Below, one piece after another: positions 39,788 to 48,287 of a stretch of DNA of 64,000 nt (its first letter is position 1; each line of letters starts with the position of its first letter). The translations under genes and the position numbers were made by a program. The stretch comes from Alistipes sp. (lineage in GTDB: Bacteria > Bacteroidota > Bacteroidia > Bacteroidales > Rikenellaceae): contig JAZQYJ010000063.1 in assembly GCA_045633465.1 (NCBI GenBank), positions 21,735-85,734 of the forward strand, given 5' to 3'. The notes beneath the pieces are model-generated. The model saw only the letters and a program-made list of their open reading frames with translations, was not told the DNA's origin and ran no database searches.

Positions 39788-41584
39788 TCAATTTATGCTG
39801 AAAGCATACGGGCAGTACGCCTGCACGCCCTCTCTTGCAACCTCTCGCTTCAACGAGTTGTAGTACTCCGCTGCCTCCAAAGTCTCGGCATCGAACAAGT
39901 ACGCCTTTGCCTGCATATTCAACGACTGCATCATCTGCGCCATTGGAGAAAGCTCCTCCAACACCTCGGTAACACGGAAGTTCTCGGCAATACCCGCCTT
40001 ATCCACCGCCACGGCGATAGCCTCACGCAAACCGCCATTTGCATCTGCCAAGCCGAGTTCTACGGCACGAGTGCCCGACCATACTCTACCCTGCGCAATA
40101 TCCAAAACCTTCGCCATAGGCAAATTGCGACCATTCGACACCTTCGAGGTGAAAGTAGCATAAACTTTATCCACCGAGCGAAGCAAGGTCTTGCGCTCCA
40201 AGTCGGTAATCTTGCGCACTCCCACGCCCATAATGTTTGAGCCGAAGTCTGCCGAGCGACCTGTCTTCACAACATCGGTGGTGATGCCGAGTCGCTTGTT
40301 GAGCATATTCTCGCCTTCGAGCAACATTCCAAACACGCCAATCGAGCCGGTCAAGGTCATCTTGTCGGCAATAATTGCATCCGCACCCGAAGAGATATAG
40401 TAACCGCCACTTGCGGCATACGAGCCCATCGAGACGATTACAGGCTTCTCCTTGCGGAGCAACTCCACCTCGCGCCAGATAACATCACTTGCCAAAGCGC
40501 TACCGCCTGGTGAATTCACACGGAAGACAACCGCTTTGATATCCTTATCCTTGCGAGCCTTCTTCAACACCTCGACGAGGTTTGCGCTGTAAATATTGTC
40601 GTCCTCGCCCTCGCCATCGTAGATAGAGCCTTCGGCATAGACTATACCCACTGCCGGAGCACCAAACTTAGGCAAAACGGGCGCCAAAGTCATATAGTCG
40701 CCAAGCGAGATGATGTTATACTCGCCATCTATGCCCTTCTCAACGCCATACTCGGCAAACTTGTCGTTCATCTCGTCCTCGTAGATAAGAGCATCAACCA
40801 AGCCGTGCTTCAAGGCATCTTCTGGCTGTGTAACCTCCAACTTGTCTGCCAATTGCATCAACTTCTTTGCGTCGAGCTGACGGCTCTCGGCAATCGAGCC
40901 AACCAACACACCCCACATATCATCGACCATAGTCTGCATCTGTGCCTTGTTCTCCTTCGACATCTCCTTGCGGATATATGGCTCAACGGCGCTCTTATAC
41001 TTACATACGGTAGGGCGGATAGCCTCGGCATTCAGACCGAGCTTGTCGAGCGCACCCTTGAAGAAGATAGAGGTCTGCGCCATACCTACCCACGAGAAAG
41101 CTCCCTCTGGGTGGAGGTAGATTTTATCTGCCACCGATGCGAGGTAGTATGAGCCCTGTGAATAGCCCTCGTTGTAAGCCACCACGAACTTGCCACTCTG
41201 CTTGAAATCGACCAATGCGGCACGAATCTCCTCCATAGCGCCGGTTGTAATACCACCTGCACCGGTAAAGTTGAGGTAGATACCCTTAACTCGCTCATCG
41301 CCCTTTGCTGCCTCGATGCTCTGCAACACCTTCAAGAGGTGGGTGCTCTTCGCCATCGTCATCGTGTTGTAGTCAAAGCCAGCCATCGGGTTTTTGGTCG
41401 GCGCCTCGGTGATATTCTCGGCAAAATCAATCTTAACAATGGTTTGCGGAGTGATAACTGCCTTGGTTGTCTGCCCCATCGAGCCTGCCATACCAACAAA
41501 AACAATCAGGCACAACACCCACGATAATACCGTGCCCACAACCATAGCGAGCAGGGTAGCCAAAAAGATCTTAAAAAATTTCAT
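39788..41584 (-). CDS. sppA: Signal peptide peptidase SppA (67 kDa type)
   Basis: YYLAS, KYKSAVEP, RVNSPGGS, AASGGY, TGSIGV, AQGRVWSG. Confidence 0.95.
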   Translation of the reverse strand: MKFFKIFLATLLAMVVGTVLSWVLCLIVFVGMAGSMGQTTKAVITPQTIVKIDFAENITEAPTKNPMAGFDYNTMTMAKSTHLLKVLQSIEAAKGDERVKGIYLNFTGAGGITTGAMEEIRAALVDFKQSGKFVVAYNEGYSQGSYYLASVADKIYLHPEGAFSWVGMAQTSIFFKGALDKLGLNAEAIRPTVCKYKSAVEPYIRKEMSKENKAQMQTMVDDMWGVLVGSIAESRQLDAKKLMQLADKLEVTQPEDALKHGLVDALIYEDEMNDKFAEYGVEKGIDGEYNIISLGDYMTLAPVLPKFGAPAVGIVYAEGSIYDGEGEDDNIYSANLVEVLKKARKDKDIKAVVFRVNSPGGSALASDVIWREVELLRKEKPVIVSMGSYAASGGYYISSGADAIIADKMTLTGSIGVFGMLLEGENMLNKRLGITTDVVKTGRSADFGSNIMGVGVRKITDLERKTLLRSVDKVYATFTSKVSNGRNLPMAKVLDIAQGRVWSGTRAVELGLADANGGLREAIAVAVDKAGIAENFRVTEVLEELSPMAQMMQSLNMQAKAYLFDAETLEAAEYYNSLKREVAREGVQAYCPYAFSIN

Positions 41585-41688
41585 AGTCCTCAAATTTTTA
41601 AGTTAAAAAACATTTTCAGTAATACAAAGATATAAAAAAATGGGGTAGAGTGTAACATCGTGCCAAAAAAATCTCTATATTTGCATCA

Positions 41689-41861
41689 GCAAAGGTTCGC
41701 AACGACCTGTTTTGGGGGTTGCGATGAAAAGGGAATCGGGTGAAAATCCCGGACAGTCCTCGCTGCTGTAAGTTCTTATATGTTCGTGCAATCATTATGG
41801 TCACTGCCAACAACGGTGGGAAGGCCGCACGAACGGAACAAGTCAGAAGACCTGCCTCTGC
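41689..41861 (+). promoter_or_regulatory. Cobalamin (B12) riboswitch
   Basis: aaagggaatcgggtgaaaatcccggacag...gctgctgtaa...cactg...gggaaggc...agtcagaagacctgcc B12-box. A -7 box tatatttg lies at 41676-41683. Confidence 0.93.
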
Positions 41862-42063
41862 GTTTAAGGAATTTTTACCTGCGGCGGACGGGTTAAAAAT
41901 CATCGGGACTTATCCTTATTATTAGAGTAGGTATCTGAACGATTTTCTATCGGCATTGGGCGTAATAGTCTTTTGTTTTTGGCTTCGCACAGGGGATATT
42001 CCATTGTGCGATGTGACGCTTTTTACCCAATTTTATGTTAAACAACTAAAAACAAAAAAGACT

Positions 42064-42849
42064 ATGAAAAAGATTTTCTTGATTCTTGCGCTTGGCGCAA
42101 TGGTGGCTTCGTGTACGCCCGACAACAATGGCGGTAACGAAGGTGATGGCAAGAGCCGTGTAACATTGACCTTTGAGGGCGATTATTGGAACTCGCTTAT
42201 CGACAATCCGCAGTACAACGGCGAGCTGCTCTACAAGCAGGAGGGCTATTCTTGGTACGACGAGGCAACCGACCTTTACAGCACCGTAAATGAGCTGTGG
42301 TACACCGCAGCCTATTGGAATGGTGGTCTTGCGGTGTCGAATTATTACACCACCGACTATACCACTACAACCTCGTTTATGGAGCAACTCACGGTCTTTA
42401 CTGAGGGTGCTCATTCGGGCTCAAACTGCATCGTAAGTAATGGCTACAAGTGCGACATGATGGGCGATGCTCGTTCGGTGCTTCAATTTAAGAACGGCGA
42501 GGGCTTTATCGAGAGTGTGTGGGTGGCACACACCGGCTACTCCTACTTTTCGGCAATGGAGGGTTGCGGTCAGGCGACGCCATTGACAGCCGAGCAATCT
42601 ATTTGGATCGAGGCGAAAGGCTATACGCTCGATGCAGAGGGCAACGAGGTTGAGGGAAATGCCCTCTCGCTCTACCTCTACGAGAATGGCAAAGCTTCGT
42701 TCGATGGTTGGAAAAAGTGGGATTTGTCGGCGCTTGGCAAGGTTCAGAAGGTTAAGTTCGATGTGCAATGGAATGGCGAAGGCGGAGCAGATGCGTTTAT
42801 GCACCCGGCATACTTTGCGCTCGACGACATAACCGTAGTAAAGGAGTAA
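42064..42849 (+). CDS. Surface lipoprotein, DUF4465-like (putative B12-binding)
   Basis: Lipobox VASC; TFE, W.GG.AVSN, W.KWDLS.LG.V, PAYFALDDI motifs. Lies under the B12 riboswitch. Confidence 0.8.
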   Translation: MKKIFLILALGAMVASCTPDNNGGNEGDGKSRVTLTFEGDYWNSLIDNPQYNGELLYKQEGYSWYDEATDLYSTVNELWYTAAYWNGGLAVSNYYTTDYTTTTSFMEQLTVFTEGAHSGSNCIVSNGYKCDMMGDARSVLQFKNGEGFIESVWVAHTGYSYFSAMEGCGQATPLTAEQSIWIEAKGYTLDAEGNEVEGNALSLYLYENGKASFDGWKKWDLSALGKVQKVKFDVQWNGEGGADAFMHPAYFALDDITVVKE

Positions 42850-42897
42850 TTCGCCTAAAAAGAATTTAGTTTAAGGGAGAGGGATGGGAACCCTCGG

Positions 42898-42924
42898 AGA
42901 GGCTGAGCAATCAGCCTCTTTTTT
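42898..42924 (+). terminator. Intrinsic terminator
   Basis: agaggctga-gcaa-tcagcctct followed by a T-run. Confidence 0.85.
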
Positions 42925-42980
42925 GTTGTATTTAGGTGGCGGAAGGGTGGTGTGCAATCTTTTTGCACACCCCTAAACAC

Positions 42981-43898
42981 CTACTCCCAAAAACGCTTTT
43001 TACGATATAATTCGGCAATCGCTTGCGCCTGTTCCTTAATCTTTTCGCGCAACTCCTTCGGCTCGACGACCTCTACCCAATCGCCCTTGGAGAGGAGTTT
43101 GCCCGTAAGTTCGGGTGTGAGATTGAGGTAATATTCGAAGTCGCTCGACTCGTTGCCGTTTGTGGCAATTTCTCGTTGCGACGGGTGCAGCGGCACTGAA
43201 CGCATATACTCGGTCGAAACGCCATAAGTTCGCAGCACAACCCGTTGCGGTTTAAGACTTTCGTTTACAAAAATACCAACCGTATGAGCGTAGTACTCGC
43301 TTGCATCGAAATCTTCCGGCAGGGTAAACGACTCGCCGGTAATCTCCATTCTGAGAATGCGGTCGAGGGCGATATTGCGAATTGCGCCACTCTCCTTGAA
43401 GCGGCCTACCACATACCAACGCTGATTATAGACGCGCATTGCGTATGGTTGCAGATACAACTCGAACTTCTCCCCCTGGAAAGGCTTGTAGTCGACAAAC
43501 AAAACTTTGTTTTGTTGCATTGCGTCGACCACCGTTTGTGCAAACTCCGCACCGCTCGGAATATCCTCAAAGAGGATTCGATCCTTCATATTGCGCCCCG
43601 CCTCGATGGTGTTCGAAATGGCAAAAGAGTTGAAAAGCCACTGCTGTGCCGAGTCGTTTTTCAGCTCCTCGGGCGAAGCGATAGAGTATTTGTAGGTGTT
43701 GGTGTCACACACAATCTCCACCCCAAAGAGTTCTGCAACAGCCTCACGGTGTTGGTGGAATGTTCGCAAAGCCAATGGCTTGCCGTCGGTCAAACTGCTC
43801 TTATCCCACAAGTCGCAAATATCCTTGAATGTCAGACTTTTGCGCTGCAATAATGTGTTTACCAACCACACATAGCGCTTGATTACATTGCTTGCCAT
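42981..43898 (-). CDS. WYL-domain transcriptional regulator (wHTH-WYL-WCX)
   Basis: N-terminal RYVWLV..L wHTH with RTFH; QPY...RWYVVG...IALDRI (WYL); PLHPSQ and VEVVEP.ELR (WCX). Confidence 0.92.
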   Translation of the reverse strand: MASNVIKRYVWLVNTLLQRKSLTFKDICDLWDKSSLTDGKPLALRTFHQHREAVAELFGVEIVCDTNTYKYSIASPEELKNDSAQQWLFNSFAISNTIEAGRNMKDRILFEDIPSGAEFAQTVVDAMQQNKVLFVDYKPFQGEKFELYLQPYAMRVYNQRWYVVGRFKESGAIRNIALDRILRMEITGESFTLPEDFDASEYYAHTVGIFVNESLKPQRVVLRTYGVSTEYMRSVPLHPSQREIATNGNESSDFEYYLNLTPELTGKLLSKGDWVEVVEPKELREKIKEQAQAIAELYRKKRFWE

Positions 43899-43929
43899 AG
43901 TATATTGTTTTTAAGTTAATCGTTTGTAA

Positions 43930-44060
43930 AAATGACAACGAATGGCAATCGCACCTGCGGTGCTGAATGACAATGAATGACAAATAATATATACTTCCCT
44001 TTGTCATTAAATGCCATTAAGGGCGAAGCCCGAATGTTATTCTATGCCATTAAATGTCAT
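43930..44060. repeat. REP-like inverted element (copy 2) in the WYL 5' leader
   Basis: Left arm of aatgacaa/aatggcaa units with a gcacc-tgc-ggtgc hairpin; right arm tgtcattaaatgccatt-gggcgaagccc-tgccattaaatgtcat. Confidence 0.7.
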
Positions 44061-44089
44061 CGAAAAACATCTTTTTTCCAATCTCTCCA

Positions 44090-44129
44090 CAAATATAATA
44101 AAACCTATGCAATAATTTCGCACACCCCT
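44090..44129 (-). promoter_or_regulatory. WYL promoter (-7 TATATTTG) with overlapping putative operator TGCAAT-N6-GCACACCCCT
   Basis: caaatata at 44090-44097. The motif at 44108-44129 recurs at 42953-42974. Confidence 0.6.
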
Positions 44130-44448
44130 CGAAAATTTTTCAAAAAGTCAAATTTTGCTATGCAAATGTTATTATTTATTAAAAATAAACTATTTTTGTG
44201 GTGGCTATGCAAAAATGCAAGCCGTTACATAGACATTTTTATAGTTGTTTTTGCGGTACTCAAACTTCGCAACTTTGAAATAACCCAGCAAAACAGCGAC
44301 AGGATGTCCACAATAGTGTATTTGTGCTACTGCGCATTTGGCGCAGTGTGTGTAGATGTTCACTTGGCGTGGGTTGCCTGTTTGCTTGTTTGGGTTATGG
44401 TAGCGAAGGCCAGAGTACGAAATAAGCAGCAGTAGCCTGCGCTTTTTT

Positions 44449-44907
44449 ATGGACTCGCTTGGAAATACCGATTTGTGGGAACGCCATCTTGTTGCCTTCT
44501 TCGCCTCTCGTTCGGTTACGCCCGAAGCCGAAAATCGCTGTATTGCTTGGGCAAAATCGGTGTGCAAAACAGACTCGGTGATTATCAGCGGATTTCACTC
44601 ACCACTCGAAAAAAGAGTTCTCAACCTCCTTCTCGAACATAAACACCCCGTGATACTCTTTCTTGGTCGTGCTATGTATAAGCGAATCCCGGCGGAGTAC
44701 CAAGAGGCAATAGACGAGGGGCGAATGTTGATTGTTTCGGTGCGCAATAATTGTCGCCATAGCAACGGCTCTGCCGAAACCCGTAATTGGAATGTGGCAA
44801 GATTTGCAGACGAGATATTTATGTCGCCTTTCGACAGATGTAGTCTGCTATCGACAATGCATTACACATACACTCATTATGATGATGTACCTATAACAAT
44901 CTTATAA
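44449..44907 (+). CDS. Stand-alone DprA/SMF-like (SLOG) nucleotide-binding protein
   Basis: GN..L...VAFFASR, IISGFHSPLE, ..RN...A.FADEIF pattern of a minimal DprA-type Rossmann domain. Confidence 0.75.
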   Translation: MDSLGNTDLWERHLVAFFASRSVTPEAENRCIAWAKSVCKTDSVIISGFHSPLEKRVLNLLLEHKHPVILFLGRAMYKRIPAEYQEAIDEGRMLIVSVRNNCRHSNGSAETRNWNVARFADEIFMSPFDRCSLLSTMHYTYTHYDDVPITIL

Positions 44908-44994
44908 ACAGACAAAGAAAAGTGAGGCTAAATCCTCGCTTTTTTCGTTGAAATAGGGCCAATATGGCTAAAAGCCATAAGAAAAATTAAAAAA

Positions 44995-45039
44995 TCTCTC
45001 GTCTTTCGTCTCTCGTCTCTCGTCTTTTTATTATCTTTG
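44995..45039 (+). promoter_or_regulatory. metG promoter: 4 heptamers + TTTTTAT + -7 box TATCTTTG
   Basis: tctcgtc-tttcgtc-tctcgtc-tctcgtc-tttttat-tatctttg. Confidence 0.7.
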
Positions 45040-45076
45040 CCGATTAGTAAGGAAAAAACAAACAAAAATCAATTTT

Positions 45077-47113
45077 ATGTCAAAGGATTTTAAGAGATAT
45101 CTTATCACTTCGGCACTGCCGTATGCCAATGGTCCGGTACATATCGGCCACCTTGCAGGCGTATATATTCCGTCTGATATCTACACTCGCTACCTCCGTT
45201 TGCGTGGTCGTGATGTGATTTCGGTTTGCGGTAGCGACGAGCACGGAGTGCCTATCACGATCAAGGCAAAGAAGGAGGGTATAACCCCTCAGCAGGTGGT
45301 AGATCGTTATCACAACATCATCAAAGATTCATTCGAGAAGCTCGGCATTTCGTTCGACATATACTCTCGCACAACCTCGCCAACCCACGCAAAGACCGCT
45401 TCGGACTTCTTCCGCAAGCTCTATGACGATGGCAAATTCGTGGAGCAGACCACCGAGCAGTTCTACGATGAGGAGGCTAAATCATTCCTTGCAGACCGCT
45501 ACATCAAGGGTACTTGCCCTAAATGTAACGCCGAGGGCGCATACGGCGACCAGTGCGAGGTGTGTGGCTCAACCCTCTCGCCAGAGGAACTTGTCAACCC
45601 ATATTCAACCCTTTCAGGCGCAACACCGGTAAAGCGCGAGACAAAGCACTGGTACTTGCCTCTCGACCAATATGAGTCGATGCTCCGTGAGTGGATTTTG
45701 GAGGGCCACAAGGAGTGGAAATCGAATGTATATGGTCAGTGCAAGAGTTGGCTCGATGGTGGCTTGTTGCCTCGTGCCGTAAGTCGCGATTTGGAGTGGG
45801 GTATTCCTGTTCCGGTTGAGGGTGCCGAGGGTAAGGTTTTGTATGTTTGGTTCGATGCGCCAATCGGCTATATATCTGCTACTAAGGACCTTACACCAGA
45901 TTGGGAGAAGTATTGGAAGAGCGAGGACACCAAGCTCGTTCACTTCATCGGCAAGGACAACATCGTATTCCACTGCATCGTTTTCCCTTCGATGTTGAAG
46001 GCGCACGGCGACTACATCTTGCCTGAGAATGTGCCAAGCAACGAGTTCTTGAACTTGGAGGGCGACAAGATTTCGACCTCGCGCAACTGGGCAGTTTGGT
46101 TGCACGAGTACCTCGTTGATTTCCCTGGCAAGGAGGATGTTTTGCGCTACGCATTGTGCGCAACAGCACCTGAGACAAAGGATAACGACTTCACCTGGAA
46201 GGACTACCAGGCTCGCAACAACAACGAGTTGGTAGCGGTGCTCGGAAACTTCGTAAATCGTGCGTTGGTGCTTACCAAGAAGTACTACGATGGCGTGGTG
46301 CCTGCGTGTGGCGAACTATCTGATTATGACCGAGATACAATCGCTGAGTTGTCGGAAATCAAGGCTTCGTTGGAGAATAATATCGAGAATTATCGCTTCC
46401 GTGAGGCGTTGAAAGATGCGATGAACTTCGCCCGTATTGGCAACAAGTATCTCGCCGACTCGGAGCCTTGGAAGTTGATTAAGACCGATGCAGAGCGTGT
46501 TAAGACAATCTTGAATATCGCATTGCAGATTACTGCAAATATCGCTATCGCAATCGAGCCGTTTATGCCGTTCTCGGCAGCCAAGATTTTGAATATGTTG
46601 GCTTGCGAGAAGTTTGGCTGGGAGCGCCTTGGAGCAATGGATTTGTTGGCTGAGGGCCACCATATTGGCGAGCCTTCGCTCCTCTTCGAGAAAATTGAGG
46701 ACGATGTAATCCAGAAGCAACTCGACCGTCTTGCCGAGATTAAGAAGCAGAATCTGGCAGCCGAGGTTAAGGCCGAGCCGCAGAAAGCGGAGTGCACATT
46801 CGACGACTTCCAGAAGATGGATATTCGCGTTTCGACCATTTTGGAGGCAGAGAAGTTGCCAAAGACCAAGAAGTTGCTCAAACTGACCATCGACACAGGT
46901 ATCGACAAGCGCACAATCGTGTCGGGTATTGCCGAGCATTTCACCCCTGAGGAGTTGATTGGTCAGCAGGTTTTGGTGCTTGTAAACCTTGCTCCGCGCG
47001 ACTTTAAGGGCATCACCTCGCAGGGTATGATTCTTATGGCGGAGGACGCTACGGGAGCACTGCGTTTGGTTCAGCCAAACGAAAAAACCAACAACGGTGC
47101 GGTAGTGGGTTAA
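45077..47113 (+). CDS. metG: Methionine--tRNA ligase
   Basis: ALPYANG.VHIGH, Zn knuckles, KISTS, C-terminal tRNA-binding (Trbp111) domain. Confidence 0.97.
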   Translation: MSKDFKRYLITSALPYANGPVHIGHLAGVYIPSDIYTRYLRLRGRDVISVCGSDEHGVPITIKAKKEGITPQQVVDRYHNIIKDSFEKLGISFDIYSRTTSPTHAKTASDFFRKLYDDGKFVEQTTEQFYDEEAKSFLADRYIKGTCPKCNAEGAYGDQCEVCGSTLSPEELVNPYSTLSGATPVKRETKHWYLPLDQYESMLREWILEGHKEWKSNVYGQCKSWLDGGLLPRAVSRDLEWGIPVPVEGAEGKVLYVWFDAPIGYISATKDLTPDWEKYWKSEDTKLVHFIGKDNIVFHCIVFPSMLKAHGDYILPENVPSNEFLNLEGDKISTSRNWAVWLHEYLVDFPGKEDVLRYALCATAPETKDNDFTWKDYQARNNNELVAVLGNFVNRALVLTKKYYDGVVPACGELSDYDRDTIAELSEIKASLENNIENYRFREALKDAMNFARIGNKYLADSEPWKLIKTDAERVKTILNIALQITANIAIAIEPFMPFSAAKILNMLACEKFGWERLGAMDLLAEGHHIGEPSLLFEKIEDDVIQKQLDRLAEIKKQNLAAEVKAEPQKAECTFDDFQKMDIRVSTILEAEKLPKTKKLLKLTIDTGIDKRTIVSGIAEHFTPEELIGQQVLVLVNLAPRDFKGITSQGMILMAEDATGALRLVQPNEKTNNGAVVG

Positions 47114-47125
47114 TCTTTGCGTTGT

Positions 47126-47141
47126 TGTTCCACGAGGAACA
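47126..47141. promoter_or_regulatory. parS-like site
   Basis: TGTTCCACGAGGAACA, 1 mismatch from the palindrome TGTTCCACGTGGAACA. Confidence 0.8.
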
Positions 47142-47172
47142 CTCGATATGTAATTTATTGGAATAGAGAAAG

Positions 47173-48180
47173 ATGAATTGGAACGAATTGGAGTTCGAGT
47201 TCAATAGCACCGGCGGAGAGAACCTCCGCCGATACTACAAAGAGGGAGTGTGGTCCGAGGCGGAGTGGACAACCTCGGAGTATATCCCTGTTCATATGTG
47301 TTCAGCGTGCCTAAACTATGGTTTGCAGGCATTTGAGGGCATAAAGGCGTTTCGTGGTGTGGATGGTAAGGTGCGAATTTTCCGACCTTACGCCCACGCA
47401 GCAAGAATGGCTTCGGGTGCTCGAAAACTATGTTTGCCAATGGTTTCGGCAGATGAGTTTGTGGAGGCTTGCAAGGAGGTTGTGCGTCGAAATTTGGCGT
47501 TCTTGCCACCATACGAGTCGCAGGCAGCCTTGTATATCCGTCCGGTTTTGTTTGGAACACGCCCTCGTTTGACGGTAAGACCATCGAGCGAAGCAGGGTT
47601 TTGTGTCTTTGCGACGCCCGTAGGCCCATATTTCAAAGATGGAATAAAGCCGATTGATGCCATTGTAAACCGCAATCAGGACCGCTCTGCGCCACTTGGC
47701 ACGGGCGATGTCAAGGTTGGTGGCAACTATGCGTCGAGTATGCTCTCGTATGAAGAGGCGCACGAAATGGGGTATAGCGCAGTGCTTTATACCGAGTCGG
47801 TGGAGCATCGCTATATTGAGGAGTGTGGCGCAGCAAACTTTATCGCTATCAAGGGCGATAAGTATATCACACCAAAATCTCCATCGATTTTGCCTTCGAT
47901 TACCAACGATTCGTTGATGCAACTCGCAGAGGACAAGGGTTTTACGGTTGAACAACGCCCGATTGATGTGGTGGAGTTATCTTCGTTTGAGGAGTGTGGT
48001 GCGTGCGGTACGGGTGCAATTATTACTCCTCTTGCCAATGTTTTCGACCCCGAAACCGGGGAGAAAATTCACTATGGCGATGAGGTTGGCCCGGTACTGC
48101 TCGACCTTTACAAGTCATTACAAGATATTCAGTATGGTCGAGTTTCGGATATACACAACTGGTGTGTTGTGGTAGAATAA
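47173..48180 (+). CDS. ilvE: Branched-chain amino acid aminotransferase
   Basis: LNYGLQAFEG.KA, LYIRP, KVGGNYA, EECGAANF, ILPSIT, CGTGA. Confidence 0.93.
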   Translation: MNWNELEFEFNSTGGENLRRYYKEGVWSEAEWTTSEYIPVHMCSACLNYGLQAFEGIKAFRGVDGKVRIFRPYAHAARMASGARKLCLPMVSADEFVEACKEVVRRNLAFLPPYESQAALYIRPVLFGTRPRLTVRPSSEAGFCVFATPVGPYFKDGIKPIDAIVNRNQDRSAPLGTGDVKVGGNYASSMLSYEEAHEMGYSAVLYTESVEHRYIEECGAANFIAIKGDKYITPKSPSILPSITNDSLMQLAEDKGFTVEQRPIDVVELSSFEECGACGTGAIITPLANVFDPETGEKIHYGDEVGPVLLDLYKSLQDIQYGRVSDIHNWCVVVE

Positions 48181-48211
48181 AGCGTTGGTATAGAGTGTAT
48201 TATAAAAGGAT

Positions 48212-48227
48212 TGTTCCTCGTAGAACA
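48212..48227. promoter_or_regulatory. parS-like site
   Basis: TGTTCCTCGTAGAACA, 2 mismatches from the palindrome. Confidence 0.7.
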
Positions 48228-48271
48228 ATCCTTTTAGTTTTCCGTTTTCACTTTTCCGTTTTCCGTTTGAT

Positions 48272-48287
48272 TGTTCCCCGTGGAACA
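48272..48287. promoter_or_regulatory. parS-like site
   Basis: TGTTCCCCGTGGAACA, 1 mismatch, abutting the mnmG stop codon. Confidence 0.8.

Noticed and set aside
41616-41925. Small ORFs at 41616-41903 (-) and 41740-41925 (+)
   Set aside because: They overlap the cobalamin riboswitch, which explains the sequence.
43977-44159. N-terminal part of the 152 aa ORF 43977-44435
   Set aside because: It runs through the REP-like element and the promoter/operator; only a shorter downstream ORF is plausible.
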